A stretch of 64,000 bases of DNA from positions 1 to 64,000 of the IMG/VR virus record IMGVR_UViG_3300020473_000011, one strand, 5' to 3'. This document shows, one piece after another, positions 39,039 to 47,770 of this stretch (its first letter is position 1; the number at the start of each line of letters is the position of its first letter). A program made the translations under genes and the position numbers. Under the pieces are notes generated by a model. That model saw only the letters and a list, made by a program, of their open reading frames with translations, was not told the origin of the DNA and searched no databases.

Positions 39039-39073
39039 AAAAAAGCCCAGTGATAAATCAGCTGGGCTTTTTT
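39039..39073 (-). terminator. Attenuator terminator upstream of the HTH-tRNA operon
   Basis: AAAAAAGCCCAG-CTGATTTATCA-CTGGGCTTTTTT on the minus strand. Confidence 0.9.
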
Positions 39074-39141
39074 GACTAACGTCACATGGTCTGTTCCGAC
39101 CTGCCCAGAAGCTACCGCCCCCGAGCCTAGTTTCTCGGGGA
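39039..39141 (-). promoter_or_regulatory. Transcription attenuator with alternative hairpins
   Basis: CCCCGAG/CUCGGGG versus GCUCGGGGGC/GCUUCUGGGC versus CUGGGC/GCCCAG versus terminator. Confidence 0.8.
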
Positions 39142-39142
39142 A

Positions 39143-39187
39143 CTATCTAAATAAATAACACCAAAAATATAACGCTACGTTAGCCAT
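39143..39187 (-). CDS. Leader peptide MANVALYFWCYLFR (not in ORF track)
   Basis: ATG GCT AAC GTA GCG TTA TAT TTT TGG TGT TAT TTA TTT AGA TAG; TAAGG SD upstream. Confidence 0.88.
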   Translation of the reverse strand: MANVALYFWCYLFR

Positions 39188-39243
39188 GTCTTTCAACCTT
39201 AAAAAAAGTAAATTCGTGTAGCTCTCAATGAGCTGATATGACA

Positions 39244-39272
39244 ACTATAGCGTGACCCCTGAAAATTGCCAA
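39244..39272 (-). promoter_or_regulatory. Sigma70 promoter for the leader-HTH-tRNA operon
   Basis: TTGGCA-17 bp-TATAGT on the minus strand. Confidence 0.75.
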
Positions 39273-39282
39273 ACACTTTAGC

Positions 39283-39307
39283 TTTCCAAAATAGAAAGTT
39301 TTGGAAA
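39283..39307. promoter_or_regulatory. Inverted repeat, candidate operator between divergent promoters
   Basis: TTTCCAAAA-TAGAAAG-TTTTGGAAA. Confidence 0.5.
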
Positions 39308-39553
39308 TTAAGAACTTGACGCGGGTTTGTCGCGACGTGTAATATGCTGCGTAACACGGGGGATTCCCTTGAAACCCATGTGTGCCCAAGGGCTTTTATA
39401 AGTCCTCGCTGCTAGCAGGTACCCACACAGCGGTACTGCCAAACTATGACGCTTTAATGTGACTAGACCAAATTCTTAAAACCCTGTATTTAACGCGGGT
39501 GACTTTTGGAACGCTAGCGAAGTCTATATCCGCGTGAAGATATAGAGGTTTCG

Positions 39554-39979
39554 ATGTCGAATAGACAGGCTTCAACAAGTGTATTTTTAGAAGAGAATGT
39601 ATTACAAACAATAGTAGATGAGCGTCTTAACGCAAAACCCGAATTAGTTACAGCTTACAACTGCTTAGTAACTCTTCATCGTGATGTACACCGTATTGGG
39701 GACATTGTACAACCAGTGTCGCCACAACACAGTAGCATTATAGAAGAAGGGAACGCTGGGCTTGAACAAGCCGTCGACTTTTTCATTGAGGGCATCATAA
39801 CTAGAGACTTTCTCGATATTGTACAATTGACGTACGACAGTAATCGCTTGCACGAAACATACAATCACGTAGAACGAATTTTAATCAGTACGCTCGACGC
39901 GCGCTGTGTTGATGTGCAGGAGTTTAAACAAACACATGGAAAAGCATCCACTAAAAGTGCTATTCGATGTCATGGGTGA
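39554..39979 (+). CDS. Hypothetical protein
   Basis: 141-aa ORF with GAGG SD. Confidence 0.6.
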   Translation: MSNRQASTSVFLEENVLQTIVDERLNAKPELVTAYNCLVTLHRDVHRIGDIVQPVSPQHSSIIEEGNAGLEQAVDFFIEGIITRDFLDIVQLTYDSNRLHETYNHVERILISTLDARCVDVQEFKQTHGKASTKSAIRCHG

Positions 39980-41129
39980 GCGTAGATTTGATGCGCTGCC
40001 GAGTGACCAGCAAGCAGAGAAAATCCAGCTACATGATAGAGTCAATGTCACTGCATCATTGGCTAAGGTTAGCAATTCGGAGTACCCGAAAGACTTACAG
40101 TTCCTGCGCAAGCAGCAACTAGTAAAGGCCGAGAGCCTTCGAGAGCTGAACGCTATCGCGAACTCATTACGCTACCTCATGCAAGAACGGGCGGGCTACC
40201 GCTCGTCTAAGCTTGGCCAGTACCGTGACATAGCTTCTGTACTCTGTGGATTTAGCAATTACAAGGCTGCCTTTAAACAATTCAATGGCAGCCTCGATAA
40301 TTCGTCGTTGATCCCTACCCTATTACTACAGCAACCCGTTGTGGTCATAGACTACAATGGCCGCCTGTCGGCCTCGTACAATGACGAGTCAGAAGCTATA
40401 TACGTTTATAAAAATAACTTATATGTTCTTAGCCCCGTAGCTGCAAAAGATAGCTACACCGTCGACTTACAGTGGACGGACACCGAAGTTGTTCAACTTA
40501 GTTGTATCACCGCAGGAAGCGCTGATAACGACCGTTCTCATTACATAGAGGTCGTTTTACGTGAAGGTGATGCCCTAGGTCACATCGTCGCTGATAACTC
40601 AAAAACACAAGCCTATTTAATCCGAGATCTAGTCTACTTATACGATGGCCAAGACCTAACGCTAAGTCAGCGCGAGGTCGACTATGACTATGCACTAAGG
40701 CACAGGTTATTTTCATTGATAAATGGTACTACCGAAGAGCGCTACCATATATTTTTTAAGAGTGACGGTCATAGTGTGGTTTATTGTACAGACAGCGACG
40801 CACAATTGCGGGTTATGCCTAGGGAAGAGCTGATGCGATTACTAGAGCACCCTGCAACGATGTATTGCGGGAGAGGTGACCTAGCACGTCGAGACGGCTA
40901 CGAGCTTAAAGGTACCCCATCGCCTTACGGCCAACCCTCATCAAACATTATTCTATTGATGGAGGATGTTGACCCCGACTTTGAGGATAAACGTCATATA
41001 GTTATATATGATGCTATAGGCAGCGACCCTATAGCGCTTAGCTACATGTTTATTGAGGATTCTCTGTACCAGTCTGAGTTCGCTGATAATAGCCGTTATT
41101 CATATTTCGAAGATACAGGTCAGTCTTAG
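39906..41129 (+). CDS. Hypothetical protein
   Basis: 407-aa ORF; start uncertain. Confidence 0.7.
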   Translation: MLMCRSLNKHMEKHPLKVLFDVMGERRFDALPSDQQAEKIQLHDRVNVTASLAKVSNSEYPKDLQFLRKQQLVKAESLRELNAIANSLRYLMQERAGYRSSKLGQYRDIASVLCGFSNYKAAFKQFNGSLDNSSLIPTLLLQQPVVVIDYNGRLSASYNDESEAIYVYKNNLYVLSPVAAKDSYTVDLQWTDTEVVQLSCITAGSADNDRSHYIEVVLREGDALGHIVADNSKTQAYLIRDLVYLYDGQDLTLSQREVDYDYALRHRLFSLINGTTEERYHIFFKSDGHSVVYCTDSDAQLRVMPREELMRLLEHPATMYCGRGDLARRDGYELKGTPSPYGQPSSNIILLMEDVDPDFEDKRHIVIYDAIGSDPIALSYMFIEDSLYQSEFADNSRYSYFEDTGQS

Positions 41130-41179
41130 TTGCTACGCAAAGCAGGTGCGCGCTATGATGTGCGCACCAATTGACCTAA

Positions 41180-41422
41180 ATGAGACTTAGACGAATGCAA
41201 GAAACACAAAAGATGACGGTGGCAGATTTCCTATTCAGGGGCATAGACCCATGCCTCGACGGGAACTGTGTGATCAAAGCCCCAACAGGGGGTATGGTCA
41301 CCAATGGCGGATGCCGTTGTATAACTAACTTACCCAGAGGCCAACTGAATTTAATTGCAAATCGGTTGCGTGTCATAAAGGATGCTCAGGTAGACATCCC
41401 TGTTTTCAAGCGTAAGGGCTAG
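41180..41422 (+). CDS. Small hypothetical protein
   Basis: C.DGNC...TNGGCRC motif. Confidence 0.55.
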   Translation: MRLRRMQETQKMTVADFLFRGIDPCLDGNCVIKAPTGGMVTNGGCRCITNLPRGQLNLIANRLRVIKDAQVDIPVFKRKG

Positions 41423-41440
41423 TAGATTTGGACTAATCAC

Positions 41441-41502
41441 CTGTGCCGCAGCATATTTCATTAAAAAAAATCATTGTACAATGATTTTTAACCTGATAAA
41501 GT
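41441..41502 (+). promoter_or_regulatory. Regulon promoter module
   Basis: CTGTGCCGCAG box, perfect 24-bp palindrome AAAAATCATTGTACAATGATTTTT, TTGTAC-17-TAAAGT. Confidence 0.75.
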
Positions 41503-41545
41503 ACACGCAACTAACCGATACACCGTTTTGATTAAGGACGTGACT

Positions 41546-42271
41546 ATGTCAGCCATTGATACCGTAGCAGACCGCAAGGCCAAAGAAACAGCTCGCCTTT
41601 TAACCTCTTATGATGCGTTTTTCGCATTGATGGGCGAGCTGGGCTTCGAGAATATTACGAGCCAACCAGAGTATGATGAGACTGATTATCATGATGCTAC
41701 GCGACGTAACATTGAAACGCGTACTAAGAAAGGCCGTGAATTTACATTTAAGGATCCAAAGTCTGAACTTCACGTACGTTTTAGCGTGGCTGCGCCTGAC
41801 CGCCTAGACTATTATAACGACACACATAAGCTGACAGTATTGATCCGTCCTGACAGTTTTAATTGGTCATGTAAAGACTTCCCGTATAAGCCGTATGCAA
41901 AGCCAGAAACTCTTCGTAGAAACATTAATACAGTAACTAAGGCTGCAATCGAGCACGCACGTGATATGAGCAGTAAAGACCGTTTTTATGACATGAACAT
42001 AAGCGACGCGCTTTCAAAGCTTGACGGCCTATTTGGGGGCGAGGCTAAACTCCAAGGGTCGAAGGGTTGCTGTGACATCGGCATTAACTATAAGCTTCAC
42101 GCGATACGCATTGACCTGCATGACTTTGTTTCAAAGGGATTAGACAAGACTACAGTGCTTGAGCGTATTGGACGCCACCATGACCACCGTAATTATGTAC
42201 TGACCTTATCACAATGGAAGCAGCATGTTGACCTGCTAGCTTCATTCAACGCGACTAACCTAAAGGGGTAA
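41546..42271 (+). CDS. Hypothetical protein, paralog of 42815-43495
   Basis: Colinear similar blocks shared with the downstream paralog; AAGGA SD. Confidence 0.75.
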   Translation: MSAIDTVADRKAKETARLLTSYDAFFALMGELGFENITSQPEYDETDYHDATRRNIETRTKKGREFTFKDPKSELHVRFSVAAPDRLDYYNDTHKLTVLIRPDSFNWSCKDFPYKPYAKPETLRRNINTVTKAAIEHARDMSSKDRFYDMNISDALSKLDGLFGGEAKLQGSKGCCDIGINYKLHAIRIDLHDFVSKGLDKTTVLERIGRHHDHRNYVLTLSQWKQHVDLLASFNATNLKG

Positions 42272-42278
42272 TAAAAAA

Positions 42279-42704
42279 ATGACGACAGTAAGACAAAAAG
42301 AACTTGGGGTGCTCGGTGGGATTGCCATTTTTTCGCTGGGGATGTTTCTAGGGCACTACTTAACCCAGAGTGCGGGAGAACCCGCAAGTCAGCCTGATAT
42401 AACAACACTAGCGCCTGATAGGTTGTCAAAAGCTCCACCACGTACTGAGGTGTTTCTCAATGACGATGGTATTGAGTGCATAAGAGACACACTCACGGGG
42501 GCACTCTCGTGTAACTTCGTAAAATACGAGGAAGCCATTAAGGCTTGCGAGGAAGAACAGCTAGCCAAGAACACGTTTGTCGGTGATGGGGGTAAAGAAA
42601 TCACCTTCCCTCTACTTGAAGGCGAGTGTGAGGCTAAGGTTAAAATAGAGGCAGTAGAAGCCCATAGACTAGCGGAAGAACGTGCTCGGATAGTATGGCA
42701 CTAG
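42279..42704 (+). CDS. Membrane-anchored hypothetical protein
   Basis: N-terminal TM. Confidence 0.65.
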   Translation: MTTVRQKELGVLGGIAIFSLGMFLGHYLTQSAGEPASQPDITTLAPDRLSKAPPRTEVFLNDDGIECIRDTLTGALSCNFVKYEEAIKACEEEQLAKNTFVGDGGKEITFPLLEGECEAKVKIEAVEAHRLAEERARIVWH

Positions 42705-42713
42705 CTAAAAGCA

Positions 42714-42773
42714 CTGCACCGCAGCACTTTACATTAAAAAATCATTGTACAACGATTTTGGCTGTGCTACATT
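42714..42773 (+). promoter_or_regulatory. Regulon promoter module
   Basis: CTGCACCGCAG box, ATCATTGTACAACGAT, TTGTAC-17-TACATT. Confidence 0.75.
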
Positions 42774-42814
42774 ACGTACATAGAATATTTCTTACCGATA
42801 CTAAAGAGACCGAT

Positions 42815-43495
42815 ATGTACGTTAACAAACAACTTGAGACACAACTAAAGCACTTTGACGATTTCACTCAGCTAATGAAAGACATGGGCATGGAGTGCGC
42901 ACGTTCGGCAGTGGATTCGGTAGATGAAGTATTTTCACAACTACGTAAAGCTATTGTCACTAAAAAGGACGGCGATGTTCGTTACGCGGACTTTAAACAC
43001 CCTAATGCAGAGGTGTGGCTACAAATCGAGGCTGAGACACCTCTTTACAGCATTGACCCAACTAAGGTTCGCATCCTTGTATCAACGTCGCAATACAGCC
43101 ATGGTACGCGTGAGAACCCATTCCGCCCACTAGGTAAAGTATCAACACTCAAAAAACGTATTGATGACCTAGTGGAAAGTCTTTCAAAGGATGCCGAACG
43201 CGAAGCACGCGCCCAGCGTTTCATGGACGTAAATACAAGCATCGCAGAGAATATGGCGCTGGACTTAACAGGCGAAAAGGCCGAGGTTCGCGAGGAAAAG
43301 GGCTATCAAAGCATCACGCTAAACTATCGAGCTGTTAGCGTAAAGGTTGGCTTGTCTATGTTCCTTAATGAGGGCGATGCAACTAAAGTGTCTTTATCAT
43401 TGGGCTTTAATTCAAAGACTACGCATAAGACGCTAACGCTAAAAGAATGGGTACGTACAGTGGATCAATTCTACGCAATGGGATTACTGGGATAA
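42815..43495 (+). CDS. Hypothetical protein, paralog of 41546-42271
   Basis: Start after the promoter module; the track start at 42695 runs through the promoter. Confidence 0.75.
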   Translation: MYVNKQLETQLKHFDDFTQLMKDMGMECARSAVDSVDEVFSQLRKAIVTKKDGDVRYADFKHPNAEVWLQIEAETPLYSIDPTKVRILVSTSQYSHGTRENPFRPLGKVSTLKKRIDDLVESLSKDAEREARAQRFMDVNTSIAENMALDLTGEKAEVREEKGYQSITLNYRAVSVKVGLSMFLNEGDATKVSLSLGFNSKTTHKTLTLKEWVRTVDQFYAMGLLG

Positions 43496-43576
43496 TGCGT
43501 ACGCCAACGAACTGAGGCATACCTAGGTGCAAGCTGCCCACTGCGCCTCTATAGAAAGCACCGACCAGCTAGTGAA

Positions 43577-43963
43577 TTACTGCCTAATCGGTGCCTTGGT
43601 TGCAGATTTTAAAGTACCTCTAAGGTGCGAAACGAGCCTGCTGACATTGGTCATATCGTCTGATTGTGCAGGTTCAGCGACCCTAAGTTCAGGTTTTGTT
43701 ACCCTATCGAACATGGTCTTTTCGGCCTTCTCCCCTTTTACACTATAAAGCCTAATTCTGTAGTCGTCAGGATTTAACATCATATCAACTTCATCAACAA
43801 CCGTGGCTAAACGCCACATACCGTTACGGTATCGTTCTAACTGATGACCACCTTTTAGCTTATCGTTCAAGAAAATAGCACGACGCGTCTCTGATGATAG
43901 GCACTGCTTTAAAATATCTAAACCCATGGTGTCTTCCTCTGATCTTACTACACGGCACACCAT
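43577..43963 (-). CDS. Hypothetical protein (start probably near 43927)
   Basis: GAGGAAG SD before MGLDIL. Confidence 0.55.
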   Translation of the reverse strand: MVCRVVRSEEDTMGLDILKQCLSSETRRAIFLNDKLKGGHQLERYRNGMWRLATVVDEVDMMLNPDDYRIRLYSVKGEKAEKTMFDRVTKPELRVAEPAQSDDMTNVSRLVSHLRGTLKSATKAPIRQ

Positions 43964-44135
43964 TGGCCGCTAACGGGTGGGCATTATTCATGTCATTGAA
44001 AGTATTGGCAATGGCGTGATTACCCAATATGGCGTGAGATATATCTCACGTGATGTAGGTCTTTAGCGTAGGAAAAGGCATACTAGAGTGCTAAGTGATT
44101 GCTTACAAAGCAATAACTATTCAGCTCGTATTCAG

Positions 44136-44196
44136 TTGCAGCGCAGAAGTTTTTATCAATTAAATCGTTGTACAATAAATTGATAGCTGTTATATT
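44136..44196 (+). promoter_or_regulatory. Regulon promoter module
   Basis: TTGCAGCGCAG box, ATCGTTGTACAATAAAT, TTGTAC-17-TATATT. Confidence 0.7.
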
Positions 44197-44328
44197 ACCC
44201 TCGAACTGACCGATAAACACAAACGTGGTTAAAGAAAGAGACCCTGAGCGAGCTGTGCAACTACATAGGCTGCGTAGAGTGTCAAGCTTAACGACCACGT
44301 GGTAATAGAGACTAACTAGGAAATACCC

Positions 44329-44727
44329 ATGGATAAAAAGCCAAAACATATTGTAGCTGAGCACGGTGTAGGCACCGTATTTTTAGCGGTACCTACGGGC
44401 AACCGCGTTAAGCGTGGTAGCTGCCCGTTTAGTCAAGCTGTAGAGCTTAAAGTTATAAAGGCTGCACGGGTAAATGCAGAGTTTGAGATATTTAACTCCA
44501 ATACAAAAAGCCACTACACTGAAAAGCTTAAACTTCATTCGTTCCACCTCAGTAACGTATTTGATGGCGCAAATGGCGGCTATACGCTTTATCCAAGTCA
44601 TGCTGCGATGAACGATGCCTACCGCGTCAATGAGGCTGATAAGGCTATCCGTGACTGGTCACGCTTAGATGACGAAACCAAATTAAAGGTCGCAGACATA
44701 CTAGAGATAGCCAGCCTAGAAGCGTAA
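44329..44727 (+). CDS. Hypothetical protein
   Basis: 132-aa ORF with AGGA SD. Confidence 0.65.
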   Translation: MDKKPKHIVAEHGVGTVFLAVPTGNRVKRGSCPFSQAVELKVIKAARVNAEFEIFNSNTKSHYTEKLKLHSFHLSNVFDGANGGYTLYPSHAAMNDAYRVNEADKAIRDWSRLDDETKLKVADILEIASLEA

Positions 44728-44806
44728 GAGCTGCGAGCACTTATTTAAGACTTAGCCGCTAGTGCAGCGAACTCGCGGCCTTGTGAGTCTTAAAACTTGA
44801 AAAGCG

Positions 44807-44878
44807 TTACCCCGCAGCACTTTACATTGATAATTTTTATCAAAAAGTGTTGTACAATGATTTTTTGACTGCTATAGT
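44807..44878 (+). promoter_or_regulatory. Regulon promoter module
   Basis: TTACCCCGCAG box, GTGTTGTACAATGAT, TTGTAC-17-TATAGT. Confidence 0.7.
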
Positions 44879-44918
44879 CTGACCCAACTAACCAATTAAT
44901 AAAAATGAGACTTGACCG

Positions 44919-46523
44919 ATGAACTTATCAACTGCTCAAATACTTAAAAACGCATTAAAACTAGATGCCGTAGATAAATCGGATCTAGACTTGGCGCTTA
45001 TACGCCAACACATCCACGACCTAGATGAGGTCAGTGCCGAGATCTCAAAGCGCATTAGCCGCCCTAATGCAGGTTTTGCTTTCCTGAGACTAAAACCCGT
45101 TAGCTTTGAACCTCAAAAGCTTTATGGTCAGAATGTGAAGTCTGATAATGCACTTGAGCTTGCGGCATGCTCAGCTATGCTAAATGATGCGGGTAAGTGG
45201 GTGCCAAACGAAAATGACATCCTCTTCACGACGCTTATCACCGAGCGCGGTATAAGTGACCTGATTTTCAATGTACAGAGCTGTAAAGTTGAGCCAACAC
45301 AGATCACGTCTCTTGACGGCGTGCCAGTTGCTACGCCAACTGCAACGTATTCACATGCTGAGCAGTACGGTGGCCATTTCTATGAGACCATTGACCTAGC
45401 ACGCCAAGCTATCGCCACCGCCAAGCGCGAAGCGGAACGCCTACAAGATACAGGTGTTAAACTTAATAAGACGGAAAAAGAAGAACTCGCTGAGGCACAG
45501 TGGCAACTTGACCGTTATGCTAGAAGTGACCTTGACTTCTGTATCGAGATCGACTCAGAGCAGGCCGAGAAGGACGTTCATCATCTAAAAATGGAGGTGT
45601 TGTCTTCAATCACGTCACATATAACGAAGGTCGCCGAGCCGTTAAGACTCGTCGATAAGTCAAGCATGCAGACAATTGAGTCTACGCCAGAAAAAGTCTT
45701 CCGTACGCGTATTCGTGATGTTCTCAAGCTGGGTGATGTGGCGATATTAATCAGGCGCTACGCCCCACACTATGAGCCGAGTGACAAGGCTAATGCCTAC
45801 CGTAGAGGTGAGGATCAAAAGGATATACTGCACCTCGCAAATCGCTACGAGAATAAGCACATCTTAGAGACGTACCGAAACTGTGAGCTAGGTAAGGGCA
45901 GCCTTTCAATGACACGTCCATCAACGCGAGGCATGACACTCTTCGGTGACGCTCGTAGTGTTCAGCACTACTACACGCTTTCACTCCAATTCTCAGCTGA
46001 GAGAGTGCGCAGCTTTGGCGAAGTAGAGACGCAAAAAGCGCTAGATTTGATGCAGTTCAGTATGACCGACTTTCAAGTCATGGAACTCGTGCGCGGGTCA
46101 CTTGCAGGTGATTGGGTCAATGCTACGCTGTCTTACTATGGGCAACGTAGCGTACATTTCTCTAAAGATACCGAGACGGATCAGGCGCACGATGTGGTTA
46201 AAGTTGACGTGCCCGACCTACCTGACAGCTCAAGACAGTTGGCGGCCTTGGTTGACGAGCTAGGTAGCCTACTAGCGAGTAAATCACAAGCGAAAGCAAC
46301 GCGCGAGGCCATCTTAGCAGCGGTAGAAAAGATTGAGACTCTTCTTGACCGTGAAGTTAGCGAACGTGATGAGCTGTATAAGGAAACGCGTGATACGATG
46401 CTTCGTAAGTATCAGGATAGTGCATTGCCTCAAATGGAGCGCGTACTTGAACGCGTAGGCCAGTTGCACCCAGAATTAAAAGCAACACTGCATAAGCGTT
46501 TAACCGACAAAATAGGTGACTAA
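44919..46523 (+). CDS. Hypothetical protein
   Basis: 534-aa ORF. Confidence 0.8.
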   Translation: MNLSTAQILKNALKLDAVDKSDLDLALIRQHIHDLDEVSAEISKRISRPNAGFAFLRLKPVSFEPQKLYGQNVKSDNALELAACSAMLNDAGKWVPNENDILFTTLITERGISDLIFNVQSCKVEPTQITSLDGVPVATPTATYSHAEQYGGHFYETIDLARQAIATAKREAERLQDTGVKLNKTEKEELAEAQWQLDRYARSDLDFCIEIDSEQAEKDVHHLKMEVLSSITSHITKVAEPLRLVDKSSMQTIESTPEKVFRTRIRDVLKLGDVAILIRRYAPHYEPSDKANAYRRGEDQKDILHLANRYENKHILETYRNCELGKGSLSMTRPSTRGMTLFGDARSVQHYYTLSLQFSAERVRSFGEVETQKALDLMQFSMTDFQVMELVRGSLAGDWVNATLSYYGQRSVHFSKDTETDQAHDVVKVDVPDLPDSSRQLAALVDELGSLLASKSQAKATREAILAAVEKIETLLDREVSERDELYKETRDTMLRKYQDSALPQMERVLERVGQLHPELKATLHKRLTDKIGD

Positions 46524-46762
46524 TGGCTAAGATGCCCGACAAAAATAAGGACTGCTTACAGGGTGTAGTTGCTTTAAAAAGTTCGATGGTCAATAAGGCT
46601 GGTGAGTACTTCCCTGCGGGTCAGCTTATGGTTATTACTGCGCGAAGCAAGAAAGAGGGCAAAGTTAGTCTGCGCCCGCTTCGCGGTAACATCATCATTG
46701 ACGAAGACAGTGTAGAGTACCTTGGCACTAAGTCAGAACTGGAACTTGGAGACAAGCAGTGA
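46523..46762 (+). CDS. Hypothetical protein
   Basis: Translationally coupled ORF. Confidence 0.6.
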   Translation: MAKMPDKNKDCLQGVVALKSSMVNKAGEYFPAGQLMVITARSKKEGKVSLRPLRGNIIIDEDSVEYLGTKSELELGDKQ

Positions 46763-47040
46763 GTTCATCAGCAGGTAAACTGCCAACAATCAACGACTCA
46801 CAAAGAGACGAAGTGCGAGCTTTATCGCGTAGATTAAGCGAATTTGTGAGCGCCCACGCTGATGCACTAAGCCCTAGCCTTGTGGCGACCCTTAGCACGT
46901 CAGCCTCAAAGCTTAACGATTTAGTACAGACCCGTGAAGAAGAACATGCCTTAAAGCTTATACTTCTGAACGTGGATAACGACAACTTGTCGGACGCAGA
47001 ATTTCGTCAGTTCATACGAAATAGCTGGAAGCCTAATTGA
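46759..47040 (+). CDS. Hypothetical protein
   Basis: Coupled ORF; LSDAEFRQFIRN tail. Confidence 0.6.
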   Translation: MSSSAGKLPTINDSQRDEVRALSRRLSEFVSAHADALSPSLVATLSTSASKLNDLVQTREEEHALKLILLNVDNDNLSDAEFRQFIRNSWKPN

Positions 47041-47080
47041 TCTTCTCTTAGGCTTTTTGCCGTGATACACTGCGGCGCAA

Positions 47081-47470
47081 TTGAACAATGATGAGACACT
47101 GACAATGACTGATTACATGACGTCGGAAACTGCGACGCTTGTGATGCTCATTACCATCTTTGCTATCGGCCTTTACTCAATGATGAAATGGTTGTACAAA
47201 GCATCTGGTATATGGGTAACTAGCTTCCTATCGCGATACTTGCGTGGCATTTACTGGGTTAAAAGCCCCAAGGGCTTTATGCGCTTTAAAACACCTCAAA
47301 CAGCTCAAGAGTACGATAAGCTGCTAGATGTGATCCACCAGTTAGACTTAAAGCTTGTACGTGAAGGTATACTGCATGGTACGGCTAAAGCAATGCACAC
47401 CGATTTAGAGCACATGCTTGAGAGAGCGCCATTTGAGTACCGTAACGGTAAAGTGGTGGCCATCGCATGA
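47081..47470 (+). CDS. Membrane-anchored hypothetical protein
   Basis: N-terminal TM. Confidence 0.6.
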   Translation: MNNDETLTMTDYMTSETATLVMLITIFAIGLYSMMKWLYKASGIWVTSFLSRYLRGIYWVKSPKGFMRFKTPQTAQEYDKLLDVIHQLDLKLVREGILHGTAKAMHTDLEHMLERAPFEYRNGKVVAIA

Positions 47471-47751
47471 GACTAACACCCGATGAAGAAGCACTAATTC
47501 TAAAAAGACGCGCTGAGGAAGCTCGTGTACAGAAGCGTGAGCGCTTCTATGGTGAAGTGGTACGAATCACTGCCCTATGGCATGAATGGTCTTTAGAGAA
47601 CGGTGAGGGGCTGACATTCAGCACATTCGTAAACCAGTTCGAGGCACCTGAGCACATCAACACAGAGTTCGAGGGACACTTAAAGGCTATCTATGAGGCC
47701 GTCCGTGATGTGCTGAATAAAGCGGCGGCACACGCCCACCAAATTAACTAA
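47467..47751 (+). CDS. Hypothetical protein
   Basis: ATGA-coupled ORF. Confidence 0.65.
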   Translation: MRLTPDEEALILKRRAEEARVQKRERFYGEVVRITALWHEWSLENGEGLTFSTFVNQFEAPEHINTEFEGHLKAIYEAVRDVLNKAAAHAHQIN

Positions 47752-47770
47752 CCGATACTGAGGAAATAAT

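Noticed and set aside
39039-39240. T-box riboswitch upstream of the tRNA operon
   Set aside because: No UGGNACC T-box bulge or Stem I was seen; the leader ORF explains the region better.
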